DNA from: Nitrospiria bacterium
GTDB lineage: Bacteria > Nitrospirota > UBA9217
NCBI GenBank assembly: GCA_919902495.1
Contig: CAKKRC010000045.1
Coordinates: forward strand, 3,162 to 67,161
DNA: 64,000 nucleotides
Direction: 5' to 3'
Positions within the stretch are counted from its first letter, which is position 1; every line of letters begins with the position of its first letter. A model generated the notes under the pieces. That model was not told where the DNA came from. It did no database searches and saw only the letters and a program-made list of their open reading frames with translations. Position numbers and translations under genes: made by a program. This document shows positions 1 to 9,645 of this stretch, one piece after another.

Positions 1-1
1 G

Positions 2-118
2 ACGGCGGAACAGATCCAGCGCATCGCGCAGCAGTTGTTCACGCGAGAGAGCCTTTCTCTCAGCATTTTAGGGCCGCTCAACAAGGCCGATGTGCCGGAT
101 GCGGTTCTGGAAATATAG
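2..118 (+). CDS. C-terminal fragment of a protein (possibly M16 peptidase-like), partial at window start
   Basis: Frame 2 reads ...ILGPLNKADVPDAVLEI then TAG stop at 116-118. The ending resembles the C-terminal pattern of the two M16 peptidase genes downstream. Confidence 0.3.
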   Translation, partial: TAEQIQRIAQQLFTRESLSLSILGPLNKADVPDAVLEI

Positions 119-120
119 GG

Positions 121-180
121 TTCAGGAGTCAGGAGACATGAGACAGGAGACATGAGACAGGAGACAGGAGGGGATTGCCC
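121..180. repeat. Tandem oligo repeat (gagacaggagacatgagacagga units) in intergenic spacer
   Basis: Directly visible imperfect tandem repetition of an ~11-nt unit at 125-170. Confidence 0.7.
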
Positions 181-240
181 TTAATAGAGCTGTTTTCTTC
201 TGGGTACTGGCTTCTTGCACCTGAATCCTGAGTTTAAACC

Positions 241-696
241 ATGTCTGAACACTTGATAGTCGAAATACTGCCGCTCGGTAATTCCTCCGGGATACCGGTC
301 CCCCATTACCAGACCGAGCATTCCGCCGGTGTCGATCTCTATGCCGCTGTGGACGGAGACCTGGTCATCGGACCGGGCCAGTGGAAGCTCGTGCCGACGG
401 GTATTGCCGTGGCGATCCCCGAGGGATACGAGGGACAGGTCCGGCCCCGAAGCGGTCTCTCGTTGAAACATGGCATCGGCATGCTGAATGGTCCAGGGAC
501 CATCGACGCCGACTACCGCGGAGAGATCGGCATCATCCTGTTCAACTTCAGCGATCGGCCGTTCCCGGTCCGCCGGGGCGATCGCATCGCCCAGCTTGTT
601 TTCGCGAAGCTTACGAAAGCTGAATTCAGGACCGTCGAATCGCTTTCTGAGACTCGACGCGGAAGCGGCGGTTTCGGCCACACGGGGGTCAAATAA
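241..696 (+). CDS. dut: dUTP diphosphatase (dUTPase)
   Basis: 151 aa. Motifs [20 protein letters not shown] and final FG..HTG are characteristic of trimeric dUTPase. Confidence 0.9.
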   Translation: MSEHLIVEILPLGNSSGIPVPHYQTEHSAGVDLYAAVDGDLVIGPGQWKLVPTGIAVAIPEGYEGQVRPRSGLSLKHGIGMLNGPGTIDADYRGEIGIILFNFSDRPFPVRRGDRIAQLVFAKLTKAEFRTVESLSETRRGSGGFGHTGVK

Positions 697-741
697 TTGC
701 GGATTTCGGAATGCGGATTGCGGAATGAAAGAATGGAGCGA

Positions 742-2067
742 ATGGTCATGACAAGACTGAAAAAAATGATGGTAACGGTATTGCTGGTGCTTTCCGCATC
801 GGCCTCATTCGGCCAGGAGATGAAGGTCTCTGAGACGATACTTCCGAACGGGCTGAAGGTCCTGCTCAAGGAAGAGCACAAGTCGCCGGTGGTCACCTTC
901 CAGATCTGGTACCGCGTCGGGGCCAGGAACGAGCAGCTTGGCAAGACCGGCATGTCGCACCTGCTGGAGCACATGATGTTCAAGGGCTCGAAGAACTACG
1001 GTCCCAAACAGTTCTCGCAGGTCGTCCAGCGCAACGGCGGCAATGACAATGCGTTCACCAGCAAGGATTACACCGCCTATTTCGAGAACTTTGCCGCCGA
1101 CCGCCTCGAGATCGCCATGGAACTGGAAGCGGATCGTATGCAGAACCTCCTCCTGGAACCCAAAGCCTTTCTCTCCGAGCGCGACGTGGTGAAAGAAGAA
1201 CGCCGCATGCGCTACGAGGATGACCCGACCAACATGATGGTCGAGCAGATGATGGCCACGGCTTTTTCCGCTCATCCCTACCAGTGGCCGGTGATCGGCT
1301 GGATGGCGGACCTGGGGAACCTGACGCGTGATGATCTATATCAGCATTACCGGACCTACTATGCGCCGAACAACGCTACCATCGTGATCGTCGGGGACTT
1401 CGACGCGAAGAAGGTGCTGCCCCTCGTGAAGAAGCATTTCGGGAGCATTCCCCGGGGACCGGAGGTCCCGAAGGTCGGAGCGGAGGAGCCGAAGCAGCAG
1501 GGTGAAAAACGGGTGATCGTAAAGCAGGAAGCAGAACTGCCGGCGATCTTCGCGGGGTATAAAGTGCCGACCATCAAACATCCCGATGCCTATGCACTGA
1601 ACGTCCTGCAGGGCATACTTTCGTCCGGCAAGAGCTCCCGTCTCTATAAGAGCCTCATTTATGACAAGCAGATCGCGCTGTATGCGGGCGGCGACTACGA
1701 CGATGTGTCCGTTGATCCCCACCTGTTCTATGTCTATGCGGGCGTCATGCCGGGCAAGAGCACGGAGGAAGTGGAAAAGGCGATCTATGCAGAGATCGAA
1801 CGGCTCAAGAACGATCCGGTGACAGATGAAGAGCTGCAGAAGGCGAAGAACCAGGCCGAGGCAAGCTTTGTCATGAGCCAGGACTCGGTGTTCTACCAGG
1901 CCATGCTCCTGGGACAGTATGAGACCGTGGCGAACTGGAAGCTGTTCGGTCAGTATCTTGACGCTATCCGGGCCGTGAAGAAGGAAGACGTTCAGCGTGT
2001 CGCGAAGGCATACTTTACCGAGGATAATCGCACGGTGGGTATCCTGGTGCCGGTGAAAAAACAATGA
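742..2067 (+). CDS. M16 family zinc peptidase (insulinase-like), secreted, active subunit
   Basis: Signal peptide MVMTRLKKMMVTVLLVLSASASFG. HLLEHMMFKGS matches the inverted zincin HxxEH motif. The ORF start at 697 runs through an upstream repeat, so start was trimmed to the internal Met. Confidence 0.85.
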   Translation: MVMTRLKKMMVTVLLVLSASASFGQEMKVSETILPNGLKVLLKEEHKSPVVTFQIWYRVGARNEQLGKTGMSHLLEHMMFKGSKNYGPKQFSQVVQRNGGNDNAFTSKDYTAYFENFAADRLEIAMELEADRMQNLLLEPKAFLSERDVVKEERRMRYEDDPTNMMVEQMMATAFSAHPYQWPVIGWMADLGNLTRDDLYQHYRTYYAPNNATIVIVGDFDAKKVLPLVKKHFGSIPRGPEVPKVGAEEPKQQGEKRVIVKQEAELPAIFAGYKVPTIKHPDAYALNVLQGILSSGKSSRLYKSLIYDKQIALYAGGDYDDVSVDPHLFYVYAGVMPGKSTEEVEKAIYAEIERLKNDPVTDEELQKAKNQAEASFVMSQDSVFYQAMLLGQYETVANWKLFGQYLDAIRAVKKEDVQRVAKAYFTEDNRTVGILVPVKKQ

Positions 2068-2130
2068 CACGGGAACAAAAGAAGAGGCGACGCGGAGACA
2101 CGGAGACGCGGGGACACGGAGAGAAGACAA

Positions 2131-3480
2131 ATGCAGAATAAAAGGAAGTCCATCAAGCTATTGATCATTATCGTGATGGTTGCCATATTTGCGGCGCTGC
2201 CGGTCCAGGTGAATGCCATCGAGCCGCTAGGCAAGCGCATTGTGCTGAAGAACGGGATGGTACTTCTCCTTTCCGAAAAGCATGAGATCCCCATGGTGAC
2301 CGTGAGCATGGCCATCAAGGCAGGGAGTGTCGTGGAGCCCGGGGGCAAACCCGGCCTCGCGTCGCTCACGGCGTCGCTCCTCACCCAGGGGACGGCGAAG
2401 CGCACGGCGAGCCAGATCAGCAGGGAAATAGATTTCATCGGCGGTTCGCTCTCTGTCTCCGGAGGCGATGACTATGCTTCCGCGGGCCTTCGCGTTCTCA
2501 AGAAGGACATCAAGACCGGATTCGACCTGCTGTCCGACGTGCTGATGCATCCGGTCTTCGACCAGAAGGAGATCGACCGCAAGGTCAAGGAGACCCTGGC
2601 CGCGATCCAGCAGCAAAAGGAAGAGCCGGCGGTCATTGCCGGCGAGGCGTTCACCAAGGCGGTGTTCGGCAGTCATCCCTACGGTAAAACGAGTGATGAT
2701 GTTGCGGCATTCCTTCCGAAGCTTGTCCGGCAGGACGTGCTGGATTTCTACGCCCGGCGGTACGGCCCCAATGACGTAATCATCGCGGTGGTGGGGGACG
2801 TGACGGAGAAGGAGATCGTGTCCCTCCTGAAGGAACAGTTCAAGGGATGGAAGAACGCCGAGCGAACGGAAATGGAACGAACGAAACCGCCGGTGATCGG
2901 CTCGGTCATCGTCAAGAAGCTCGACAAGAACATCACCCAGGCGAACATCGCGATGGGCCATGTGGGCATCAGCCGGGAGAACCCGGATTACTATGCCGTG
3001 ATGATCATGAACTATATCCTGGGCGGGGGAGGGTTCTCGTCACGGCTCATGGACAACATCCGCGACAACCGCGGTCTTGCCTACGACGTGCACAGCTCGT
3101 TCTCGGCGCAGAAGGACCCCGGTCCCTTCCGGGCATGGATGCAGACCAAGAGCGAGTCGGCCAACGAGTCCATCGACGAGATCTTCAAGGAACTGAAGCG
3201 CATCCGCACCGAACCGGTATCGGAGAAGGAACTTGCCGATGCCAAGGCATATCTTACCGGGAGCTTCCCCCTGCGCATGGACACGTATGCGAAGATCGCA
3301 GGCATGTTGACTGCTATCGAAATATACAACCTCGGGATGGATTATCCCCAGAAGTATCCGGCGCTGATCAACGCGGTGACCCGCGAGGACATCCTCAGGG
3401 TCGCGAAGAAATATATCGATCCGGACCGCATGGTGATCGTGGTGCTGGGGAACCAGGAAAAGATAAAGCTGAAGTACTGA
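2131..3480 (+). CDS. M16 family peptidase, second (non-catalytic-type) subunit, secreted
   Basis: 449 aa with an N-terminal signal peptide. Homologous to the upstream M16 gene but lacks HxxEH. Paired M16 genes in tandem are typical. Confidence 0.8.
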   Translation: MQNKRKSIKLLIIIVMVAIFAALPVQVNAIEPLGKRIVLKNGMVLLLSEKHEIPMVTVSMAIKAGSVVEPGGKPGLASLTASLLTQGTAKRTASQISREIDFIGGSLSVSGGDDYASAGLRVLKKDIKTGFDLLSDVLMHPVFDQKEIDRKVKETLAAIQQQKEEPAVIAGEAFTKAVFGSHPYGKTSDDVAAFLPKLVRQDVLDFYARRYGPNDVIIAVVGDVTEKEIVSLLKEQFKGWKNAERTEMERTKPPVIGSVIVKKLDKNITQANIAMGHVGISRENPDYYAVMIMNYILGGGGFSSRLMDNIRDNRGLAYDVHSSFSAQKDPGPFRAWMQTKSESANESIDEIFKELKRIRTEPVSEKELADAKAYLTGSFPLRMDTYAKIAGMLTAIEIYNLGMDYPQKYPALINAVTREDILRVAKKYIDPDRMVIVVLGNQEKIKLKY

Positions 3481-3587
3481 CAGAAGACAGAGCACAGACG
3501 ACAGACAACAGACTGGAGCCTGAGCAATGGGGCTGCTGTTTGTCTGCCGTCTGAACGTCTGATGTCTGTTGTCTGAATTTTGATCCT
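3481..3587. repeat. Palindromic intergenic hairpin element (cagacaacagac family)
   Basis: Left arm cagacgacagacaacagac pairs with right arm gtctgatgtctgttgtctg. A homologous copy lies at 59773-59865. Confidence 0.7.
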
Positions 3588-5339
3588 ATGCCTTCCATCA
3601 AGATCCTTCCCGACAACCTCATCAACAAGATCGCCGCCGGCGAGGTGGTGGAGCGTCCCGCGTCCGTCGTGAAGGAGCTCATCGAGAACGCCATCGACGC
3701 GGGCGCATCCGAGATCGTTGTCAATATCGAGCAATCCGGCAAGCGGCAGATCCGTGTCGTGGACAATGGCAGCGGCATGTCCCGCGAGGACGCCCGGACG
3801 GCCTTCGAGCGCCATGCTACGAGCAAGATATCCTCGGAATCCGATCTTGAGATGATCCGGACGATGGGATTCCGCGGAGAGGCACTGTCCAGCATAGCGT
3901 CCGTGGCGCAGGTGACGATGGTCACGGCACAGAAGGGAGCGGGGTCCGGGACCATCGTTGAGATCGAAGGTGGAACGGTCAGGAATATCGCCGATGCAGC
4001 AGCACCGCAGGGGACCTCGCTTGAGGTGAACCACCTGTTCTATAATACGCCCGCCCGGCTCAAATTTCTGAAAAGCGCTTCGACCGAACTATCACATATT
4101 ATCGACGCAGTGTCCCATCAGGCCATGGCCCGTCCTGATGTCCGCTTCAAGCTTACCCACGGCAAGAACATCGTGCTTGACCTTCCTGGTTCCAGCAGCA
4201 TCCGTGAGCGGGCCTTCCAGATCAACGGAAGCGAATTGTCGGACGGTCTTCTGGAATTTACCGGCGGCAGGGACAATGTCCGGGTCTACGGGCTGGTCTC
4301 CAAGCCGAACCATGACCGCGGCGACCGGTCATACCAGGAGTTCTACGTCAACGGCAGGTACGTGAAGAATGCCTCGCTGTCCCACGCGTTGTACTCGGCG
4401 TTCGCCGATCTCATCATGCGCGACCGTCATCCCGCCGGGTTCGTCTTCATCGATCTGGACCCCGCGCTGGTCGACGTGAACGTTCACCCCGCAAAGGCAG
4501 AGGTACGGTTCCGGAACCAGTCCCAGATACACGACCTTGTCCGTGATGTTCTTCGTGAGGCGTTGGGTAGCCACGGGCGGCCGGTGGAAGGCGCTACGCG
4601 GCAGAACTTCACAGATCGTGTCAGAGAGATCGTCGTAGATTTCAATACACGGTCACCTGCGGATCAGAAGGCGTATGGGATCCGGAGCGGCTCATTGAAC
4701 TTTGACCAGACTGCAGCGACCGGCTACATTACGTCCCGCTCCGAACTCGATGTTCCGATCTCAGCCGTGCTCTATCCCCTGGCCCAGGTGCACGAATCCT
4801 TCATTGTCGCCCAGTCGAACGACGGCATGGCGCTCATCGACCAGCATGCGGCGCACGAGCGGGTGCTGTTCGAGAAGCTCCAGGACCAAGTGACGGCCGG
4901 GAACATGCCGGTCCAGGACCTGCTGATCCCGATACAGGTGGAACTCGGCCGTTCAGAGCAGGGATTACTGAAGGAACATCTTCCGGAACTCCAGATGCTC
5001 GGCTTTCTGGTCGAAGAGTTCGGCGGCGGGACCTTCGTCATCAAGGCGGTGCCGTCGCTCATGACCGGAGGGGACTACAAGCAGCTTTTGATCGACATCG
5101 TTGACGAGCTCAAGGTCCACGGGAAAAGCGGGAAGATGGACGCGCTCCGCAACGAGGTCCTGTCCGTCATGGCATGCCATCCGGCGATCAAGGTGCACCG
5201 CAAGTTGAGCATTCAGGAGATGGAAGGATTGATAAACGACCTCTTCTCCTGCCGCATGCCTCATTCCTGCCCTCACGGAAGGCCTACGGTCGTGCGGTTC
5301 TCGATGGATGAGATCAAGCGGATGTTCAAACGCTTGTAA
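3588..5339 (+). CDS. mutL: DNA mismatch repair protein MutL
   Basis: 583 aa. N-terminal GHKL ATPase motifs (IAAGEVVERPASVVKELIENAIDAG, DNGSGM) and C-terminal dimerisation/endonuclease region. Confidence 0.9.
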   Translation: MPSIKILPDNLINKIAAGEVVERPASVVKELIENAIDAGASEIVVNIEQSGKRQIRVVDNGSGMSREDARTAFERHATSKISSESDLEMIRTMGFRGEALSSIASVAQVTMVTAQKGAGSGTIVEIEGGTVRNIADAAAPQGTSLEVNHLFYNTPARLKFLKSASTELSHIIDAVSHQAMARPDVRFKLTHGKNIVLDLPGSSSIRERAFQINGSELSDGLLEFTGGRDNVRVYGLVSKPNHDRGDRSYQEFYVNGRYVKNASLSHALYSAFADLIMRDRHPAGFVFIDLDPALVDVNVHPAKAEVRFRNQSQIHDLVRDVLREALGSHGRPVEGATRQNFTDRVREIVVDFNTRSPADQKAYGIRSGSLNFDQTAATGYITSRSELDVPISAVLYPLAQVHESFIVAQSNDGMALIDQHAAHERVLFEKLQDQVTAGNMPVQDLLIPIQVELGRSEQGLLKEHLPELQMLGFLVEEFGGGTFVIKAVPSLMTGGDYKQLLIDIVDELKVHGKSGKMDALRNEVLSVMACHPAIKVHRKLSIQEMEGLINDLFSCRMPHSCPHGRPTVVRFSMDEIKRMFKRL

Positions 5340-5374
5340 GCAATAAAATACACTACCTGTAATGAGGACCCACT

Positions 5375-6118
5375 ATGGACTGGCTGACCAACCCTGAAGC
5401 GTGGATCGCGTTGCTTACCCTGACGGCTCTCGAGATCGTTCTCGGGATCGACAACATCATCTTCATCTCCATCCTCGTCGGCAGGCTGCCCGAGCATCAA
5501 CGTCATAAAGGTCGGACGCTTGGCCTCGGATTCGCCATGGTGACACGCATCCTCTTGCTGCTGTCCATCACCTGGGTGATGCGGCTGACGGAACCGCTGT
5601 TCGGGGTGATGGGCACGGAGGTCTCGGGACGTGACCTGATCCTGATCGGCGGCGGCCTCTTCCTGCTATGGAAGAGCACCATTGAGATCCATGAGAGCCT
5701 CGAGGGAGCAGGGGAAGAGCGGACAGCGAAGGCCCTGGCGGGATTCGCAGCTACCATCGCCCAGATCGCGGTCATCGATATCATCTTTTCGCTTGATTCG
5801 GTGATCACCGCGGTCGGTCTTGCCAACGACGTGGCGGTGATGATCATCGCGATCATGGCGGCGGTCGGGGTCATGATGTTCGCGTCGAAGGCCATCGGCG
5901 AGTTCGTGGACCGCCACCCGACGATCAAGGTCCTGGCGCTCAGCTTCCTTGTCGTGATCGGCGTCGCGCTCATCGCGGAAGGGTTCGACTGGCATGTACC
6001 GCGAGGCTATATCTACTTCGCCATGGCGTTCTCCACGGTGGTGGAGATGCTGAACATCCGGATGCGGAAAAAGGCGCGGCCGGTAAAGCTGCATAAACCT
6101 ATTGAAGAGAATAAATAG
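5375..6118 (+). CDS. TerC/Alx family integral membrane protein
   Basis: 247 aa, multiple TM helices. LEIVLGIDNIIFISILV and ITAVGLANDVAVMI motifs are typical of the TerC family. Confidence 0.75.
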   Translation: MDWLTNPEAWIALLTLTALEIVLGIDNIIFISILVGRLPEHQRHKGRTLGLGFAMVTRILLLLSITWVMRLTEPLFGVMGTEVSGRDLILIGGGLFLLWKSTIEIHESLEGAGEERTAKALAGFAATIAQIAVIDIIFSLDSVITAVGLANDVAVMIIAIMAAVGVMMFASKAIGEFVDRHPTIKVLALSFLVVIGVALIAEGFDWHVPRGYIYFAMAFSTVVEMLNIRMRKKARPVKLHKPIEENK

Positions 6119-6120
6119 TC

Positions 6121-6292
6121 ACCACAGAGACACAGAGAAGATCAAGGAAGGGCAGTTTTTATACACAAATACTGACGCCGGAAAGGACCTTTCTCCGGAT
6201 TGGCTTTCTGATCTTATGAATGAGACCTGGTTGTACTATTTGTCGTCGTTCTCTGTGCCTCTGTGTCTCTGTGGTAGATTTTTCACTTTCTC
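6121..6292. repeat. Intergenic inverted-repeat hairpin element (cacagagacacagag family)
   Basis: caccacagagacacagagaag near 6121 pairs with ctctgtgcctctgtgtctctgtgg near 6260. Confidence 0.7.
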
Positions 6293-7240
6293 ATGACCTC
6301 CCAAAAACCCATTCTCATCATTGCCGGTCCCACCGCGGTAGGCAAAACGGACGCATCCATCCTGCTTGCGCAGGAATGGGGGGCCGAGATCGTCAGCGCG
6401 GACTCCATGCAGGTCTACCGGGGCATGGACATCGGCACGGCCAAGCCCACGCCGGAGCAGCGCAAGCTCGTCTATCATCACCTGATCGATACCGCGGACC
6501 CGGCGCAGCCCTACAGCGTGGGTGACTACCTCAGGGACGCGCGTAACGCCATCGACGGGATACTGCAGAGCGGCGGCACACCCATCGTGGTCGGCGGCAC
6601 GGGGCTGTACATCAGGGCGCTCATGCGGGGGCTCTTCCACGGTCCGCCCGCGGATATGGACCTCCGGGAGCAGCTGTTGCGGAAGGAGACGGAGAGCGGG
6701 GAAGGGACGCTCTACGCGGACCTGGCCCGACTCGACGCCGAGTCGGCCGTCAAGATCCATCCCAACGACCTCAGGCGCACGGTCAGGGCGCTGGAGGTGT
6801 TCTATCTCAAGGACCGGAAGATGTCGGACCTCCAGAAAGAGCATGGTTTTAAGGACAAACCCCATGATTTCAGGCTTCTTTTTCTGGTGCGAAGCAGGTC
6901 CGAGCTCTATCCCCGCATCGAACGGCGCGTGGACCAGATGCTGGAGCAGGGGCTTGAGCATGAGGTGAAGATGCTGATGCTCAAGGGGTACACCCGTGAC
7001 CTGGTCTCCATGCAGGCCCTGGGCTACAGCCATTTTATCGATCACTTCAACAACAAGGCTTCGCTTGAGGAGACCATAGAGCTGCTGAAGCGCGACACGA
7101 AGCGGTTCGCGAAGCGCCAGTTCACCTGGTTCCGGCGGGAACCCGATGCACGATGGGTGGACATCACCGGCCTGGGAAAAGCAGGTGAAATTGTCGCGCA
7201 GATAAAGAAAACCATTGAAATTCCAGATACATTAGTATAA
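6293..7240 (+). CDS. miaA: tRNA dimethylallyltransferase
   Basis: 315 aa. P-loop GPTAVGKT and conserved MiaA region SADSMQVYRGMDIGTAKPT. Sits immediately upstream of hfq, the classic synteny. Confidence 0.9.
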   Translation: MTSQKPILIIAGPTAVGKTDASILLAQEWGAEIVSADSMQVYRGMDIGTAKPTPEQRKLVYHHLIDTADPAQPYSVGDYLRDARNAIDGILQSGGTPIVVGGTGLYIRALMRGLFHGPPADMDLREQLLRKETESGEGTLYADLARLDAESAVKIHPNDLRRTVRALEVFYLKDRKMSDLQKEHGFKDKPHDFRLLFLVRSRSELYPRIERRVDQMLEQGLEHEVKMLMLKGYTRDLVSMQALGYSHFIDHFNNKASLEETIELLKRDTKRFAKRQFTWFRREPDARWVDITGLGKAGEIVAQIKKTIEIPDTLV

Positions 7241-7302
7241 GATTGCAAAAATAATTGTGCAGTGCGGGATGCTCGTTTTGTACCCGCTCCACGGAGGGTT
7301 TG

Positions 7303-7572
7303 ATGGGCAAGTCGCAGGTAAATCTCCAGGACATCTTCCTGAACCAGATGCGCAAGGAAAAGATCCCGGTGACCATGTATCTGGTGAATGGGGCGCGGAT
7401 CTCGGGGACCATCAAGGGCTTCGACAACTTCGTGATACTCATGAAGCAGGAGAACCAGCAGCTGGTGTACAAGCATGCCATCTCCACGATCATTCCCGAA
7501 AAACCGGTAGAGCTCCTTGAAGGCATGGAGAGGAAAGAACCAGAGGTTGCCCAGGGTACAACGAAAGGGTAA
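7303..7572 (+). CDS. hfq: RNA chaperone Hfq
   Basis: Sm1/Sm2 motifs: [41 protein letters not shown]...YKHAIST. RBS GGAGGG upstream of ATG at 7303. The ORF-track start at 7255 is an N-terminal over-extension. Confidence 0.9.
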   Translation: MGKSQVNLQDIFLNQMRKEKIPVTMYLVNGARISGTIKGFDNFVILMKQENQQLVYKHAISTIIPEKPVELLEGMERKEPEVAQGTTKG

Positions 7573-7677
7573 CAGCGATATACCGCGGAGAACGCGAACA
7601 GGGGCGGAGGGAAGGTGTGCATACCTCGTCCCCACCCTGTGTGCTCTGCGGTGAACCATTTTTAGGACCATCATTTC

Positions 7678-8568
7678 ATGGCAAAAAGAACCTCGAAAAC
7701 GGAAAAAATCATGATCGGCGTCATCGGCGGCAGCGGCCTCTACGAGATGGAAGGGCTCACGAACGTCAGGAAGGTCAGGGTCACGACGCCCTTCGGCAAA
7801 CCGTCGGACGACTATATCGTCGGGACGCTTCATGGCAAGCGGGTGGCGTTCCTTCCGCGCCATGGCAGGGGCCACCGCATCATGCCCACGGACATCAATT
7901 ACCGTGCGAACATCTTCGGTATGAAGAAACTGGGTGTCGAGCGGATCATATCCGTGAGCGCCGTCGGCAGCATGAAGGAAGAGATAAAGCCCGGGGACAT
8001 CGTGATCCCCGACCAGTTCTACGACCATACCAAGCACCGTCGGAGCACCTTCTTCGGGAACGGCGTGGTCGCCCACGTGGGAATGGCGGAACCGGTGTGT
8101 GCCGGGCTCAGCAGGACATTGATCGAGGCGGGCGAGCAGGTGGGCGCGACGGTGCACCGTGGCGGCGCCTACCTCTGCATGGAAGGGCCGCAATTCTCCA
8201 CGCGTGCCGAGTCCATGACCTACCGGACCTGGAACGTGGACGTCATCGGCATGACGAATGCCACCGAGGCAAAACTGGCGCGGGAGGCGGAGATCTGCTA
8301 CAGCACCATCGCCCTGGCAACGGACTATGACTGCTGGCACCACAGTGAAGAGGCCGTCACCGTGGAAGCGGTGCTGGCCGTCATGAAGCACAATATCGAA
8401 ACGTCCAAGAGCATGATCCGGCAGGCTGTCCAGATGCTCTCCGGGGCACGGACCTGCGGCTGCGGTGAGTCGCTCAGGAACACCATCATGACCCCGGAGA
8501 AGCTCATTCCGGCGAAGGTGAAGAAAGACCTCGCACCGATCATCGGAAGGTACCTGAAGAAAAAATAG
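7678..8568 (+). CDS. mtnP: S-methyl-5'-thioadenosine phosphorylase (PNP family)
   Basis: 296 aa. IGVIGGSGLY start, HGRGHRIMPTDINYRANI and the PNP/MTAP family core. Confidence 0.8.
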   Translation: MAKRTSKTEKIMIGVIGGSGLYEMEGLTNVRKVRVTTPFGKPSDDYIVGTLHGKRVAFLPRHGRGHRIMPTDINYRANIFGMKKLGVERIISVSAVGSMKEEIKPGDIVIPDQFYDHTKHRRSTFFGNGVVAHVGMAEPVCAGLSRTLIEAGEQVGATVHRGGAYLCMEGPQFSTRAESMTYRTWNVDVIGMTNATEAKLAREAEICYSTIALATDYDCWHHSEEAVTVEAVLAVMKHNIETSKSMIRQAVQMLSGARTCGCGESLRNTIMTPEKLIPAKVKKDLAPIIGRYLKKK

Positions 8569-8580
8569 AAATTTTGCACC

Positions 8581-8686
8581 GCAGAGATCACAGAGGACGC
8601 AGAGGGTACATTTATTATTGGGGCTCCTTTCTCCGCGGTCTCCGCGTGCTCTGCGGTGAAATGATGTATTATTTTGGAGGTTTTTT
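8581..8686. repeat. Intergenic hairpin element (caccgcagag...ctctgcggtg family)
   Basis: caccgcagagatcacagaggacgcagagg pairs with ctccgcggtctccgcgtgctctgcggtgaa. Confidence 0.7.
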
Positions 8687-9595
8687 TTGAGTCTTCTCGT
8701 TGTAGGCACGGTCGCCCTTGATTCCGTCAGGACCCCCTTCGGGAACGTGGACAACGCGCTGGGCGGGTCCGCCACCTATTTTTCCACATCGGCGAGCTAC
8801 TTCACGGACGTCCGGCTCGTTGCCGTCATCGGAGAGGATTTTCCGAAAGAGCACATCAATTTTCTGAAGAGCAAGAACATCGACGTCCGCGGCCTCGAGG
8901 TCCAGAAGGGAAAGACCTTCCACTGGAAAGGTGAGTACGGGTACGATCTGAACGAGGCCCGCACGCTTGCCACTGACCTGAACGTGCTCGCCACGTTCAA
9001 GCCCAGGATCATGGACGATCACAAGGACTCCGACGTGGTGTTCCTTGCGAACATCGACCCCGAGATCCAGCTGGATGTCCTCACCCAGGTGAAGCGTCCG
9101 AAGCTCGTGGCCTGCGATACGATGAACTACTGGATATCGAGCAAGCTTGATGCTCTCAAACGGACGCTCAAGGAAGTGGACCTCCTGACCATCAACGAAG
9201 CCGAGATCCGTCAGCTCGCAGGCGAGTCCAGTCTCGTCAAAGCGGCGAAGACCGTGCAGGCAATGGGGCCGAAGACGCTTGTCGTGAAACAGGGGAGCTA
9301 CGGCGCGGTCATGTTCCACGGACACAGTGTATTCAGCGCGCCCGCATATCCGCTTGAGTCGGTGTTCGATCCGACGGGCGCCGGAGACACCTTTGCAGGC
9401 GGCTTTATGGGCTATCTGGCGAATACCATGAATTTCTCCGAGGCCGGCATGCGCCAGGCCGTAATCTTCGGCAGCGTCATGGCGTCCCTGAACGTGGAAT
9501 CCTTCAGTCTTGACAGATTGCGCAGCCTGGACTATAAGGAAATAGAATCGCGTTACCGCGAGTTCAAGAAACTCACGCATTTCGAGGATATCTAG
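8687..9595 (+). CDS. PfkB family sugar/nucleoside kinase
   Basis: 302 aa. C-terminal DPTGAGDTFAGGF is the ribokinase/PfkB family signature. Confidence 0.75.
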   Translation: MSLLVVGTVALDSVRTPFGNVDNALGGSATYFSTSASYFTDVRLVAVIGEDFPKEHINFLKSKNIDVRGLEVQKGKTFHWKGEYGYDLNEARTLATDLNVLATFKPRIMDDHKDSDVVFLANIDPEIQLDVLTQVKRPKLVACDTMNYWISSKLDALKRTLKEVDLLTINEAEIRQLAGESSLVKAAKTVQAMGPKTLVVKQGSYGAVMFHGHSVFSAPAYPLESVFDPTGAGDTFAGGFMGYLANTMNFSEAGMRQAVIFGSVMASLNVESFSLDRLRSLDYKEIESRYREFKKLTHFEDI

Positions 9596-9645
9596 GCGCA
9601 TGACCGCAAAGAGCAGAGACGAACGCGAGACCGGCAACTAAAAAT

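Noticed and set aside
805-3554. Multiple long ORFs antisense or out-of-frame to the two M16 peptidase genes (e.g. 1336..2130 -, 2227..2961 -, 2847..3554 +)
   Set aside because: They overlap well-supported coding sequence on the other strand or frame, have biased R/H/G/P composition and no motifs.
7042-8775. 577-aa minus-strand ORF spanning hfq, the mtnP region and beyond
   Set aside because: It is antisense to confidently identified genes (miaA end, hfq, MTA phosphorylase). Its arginine/histidine/proline-rich composition is typical of spurious shadow ORFs in high-GC DNA.
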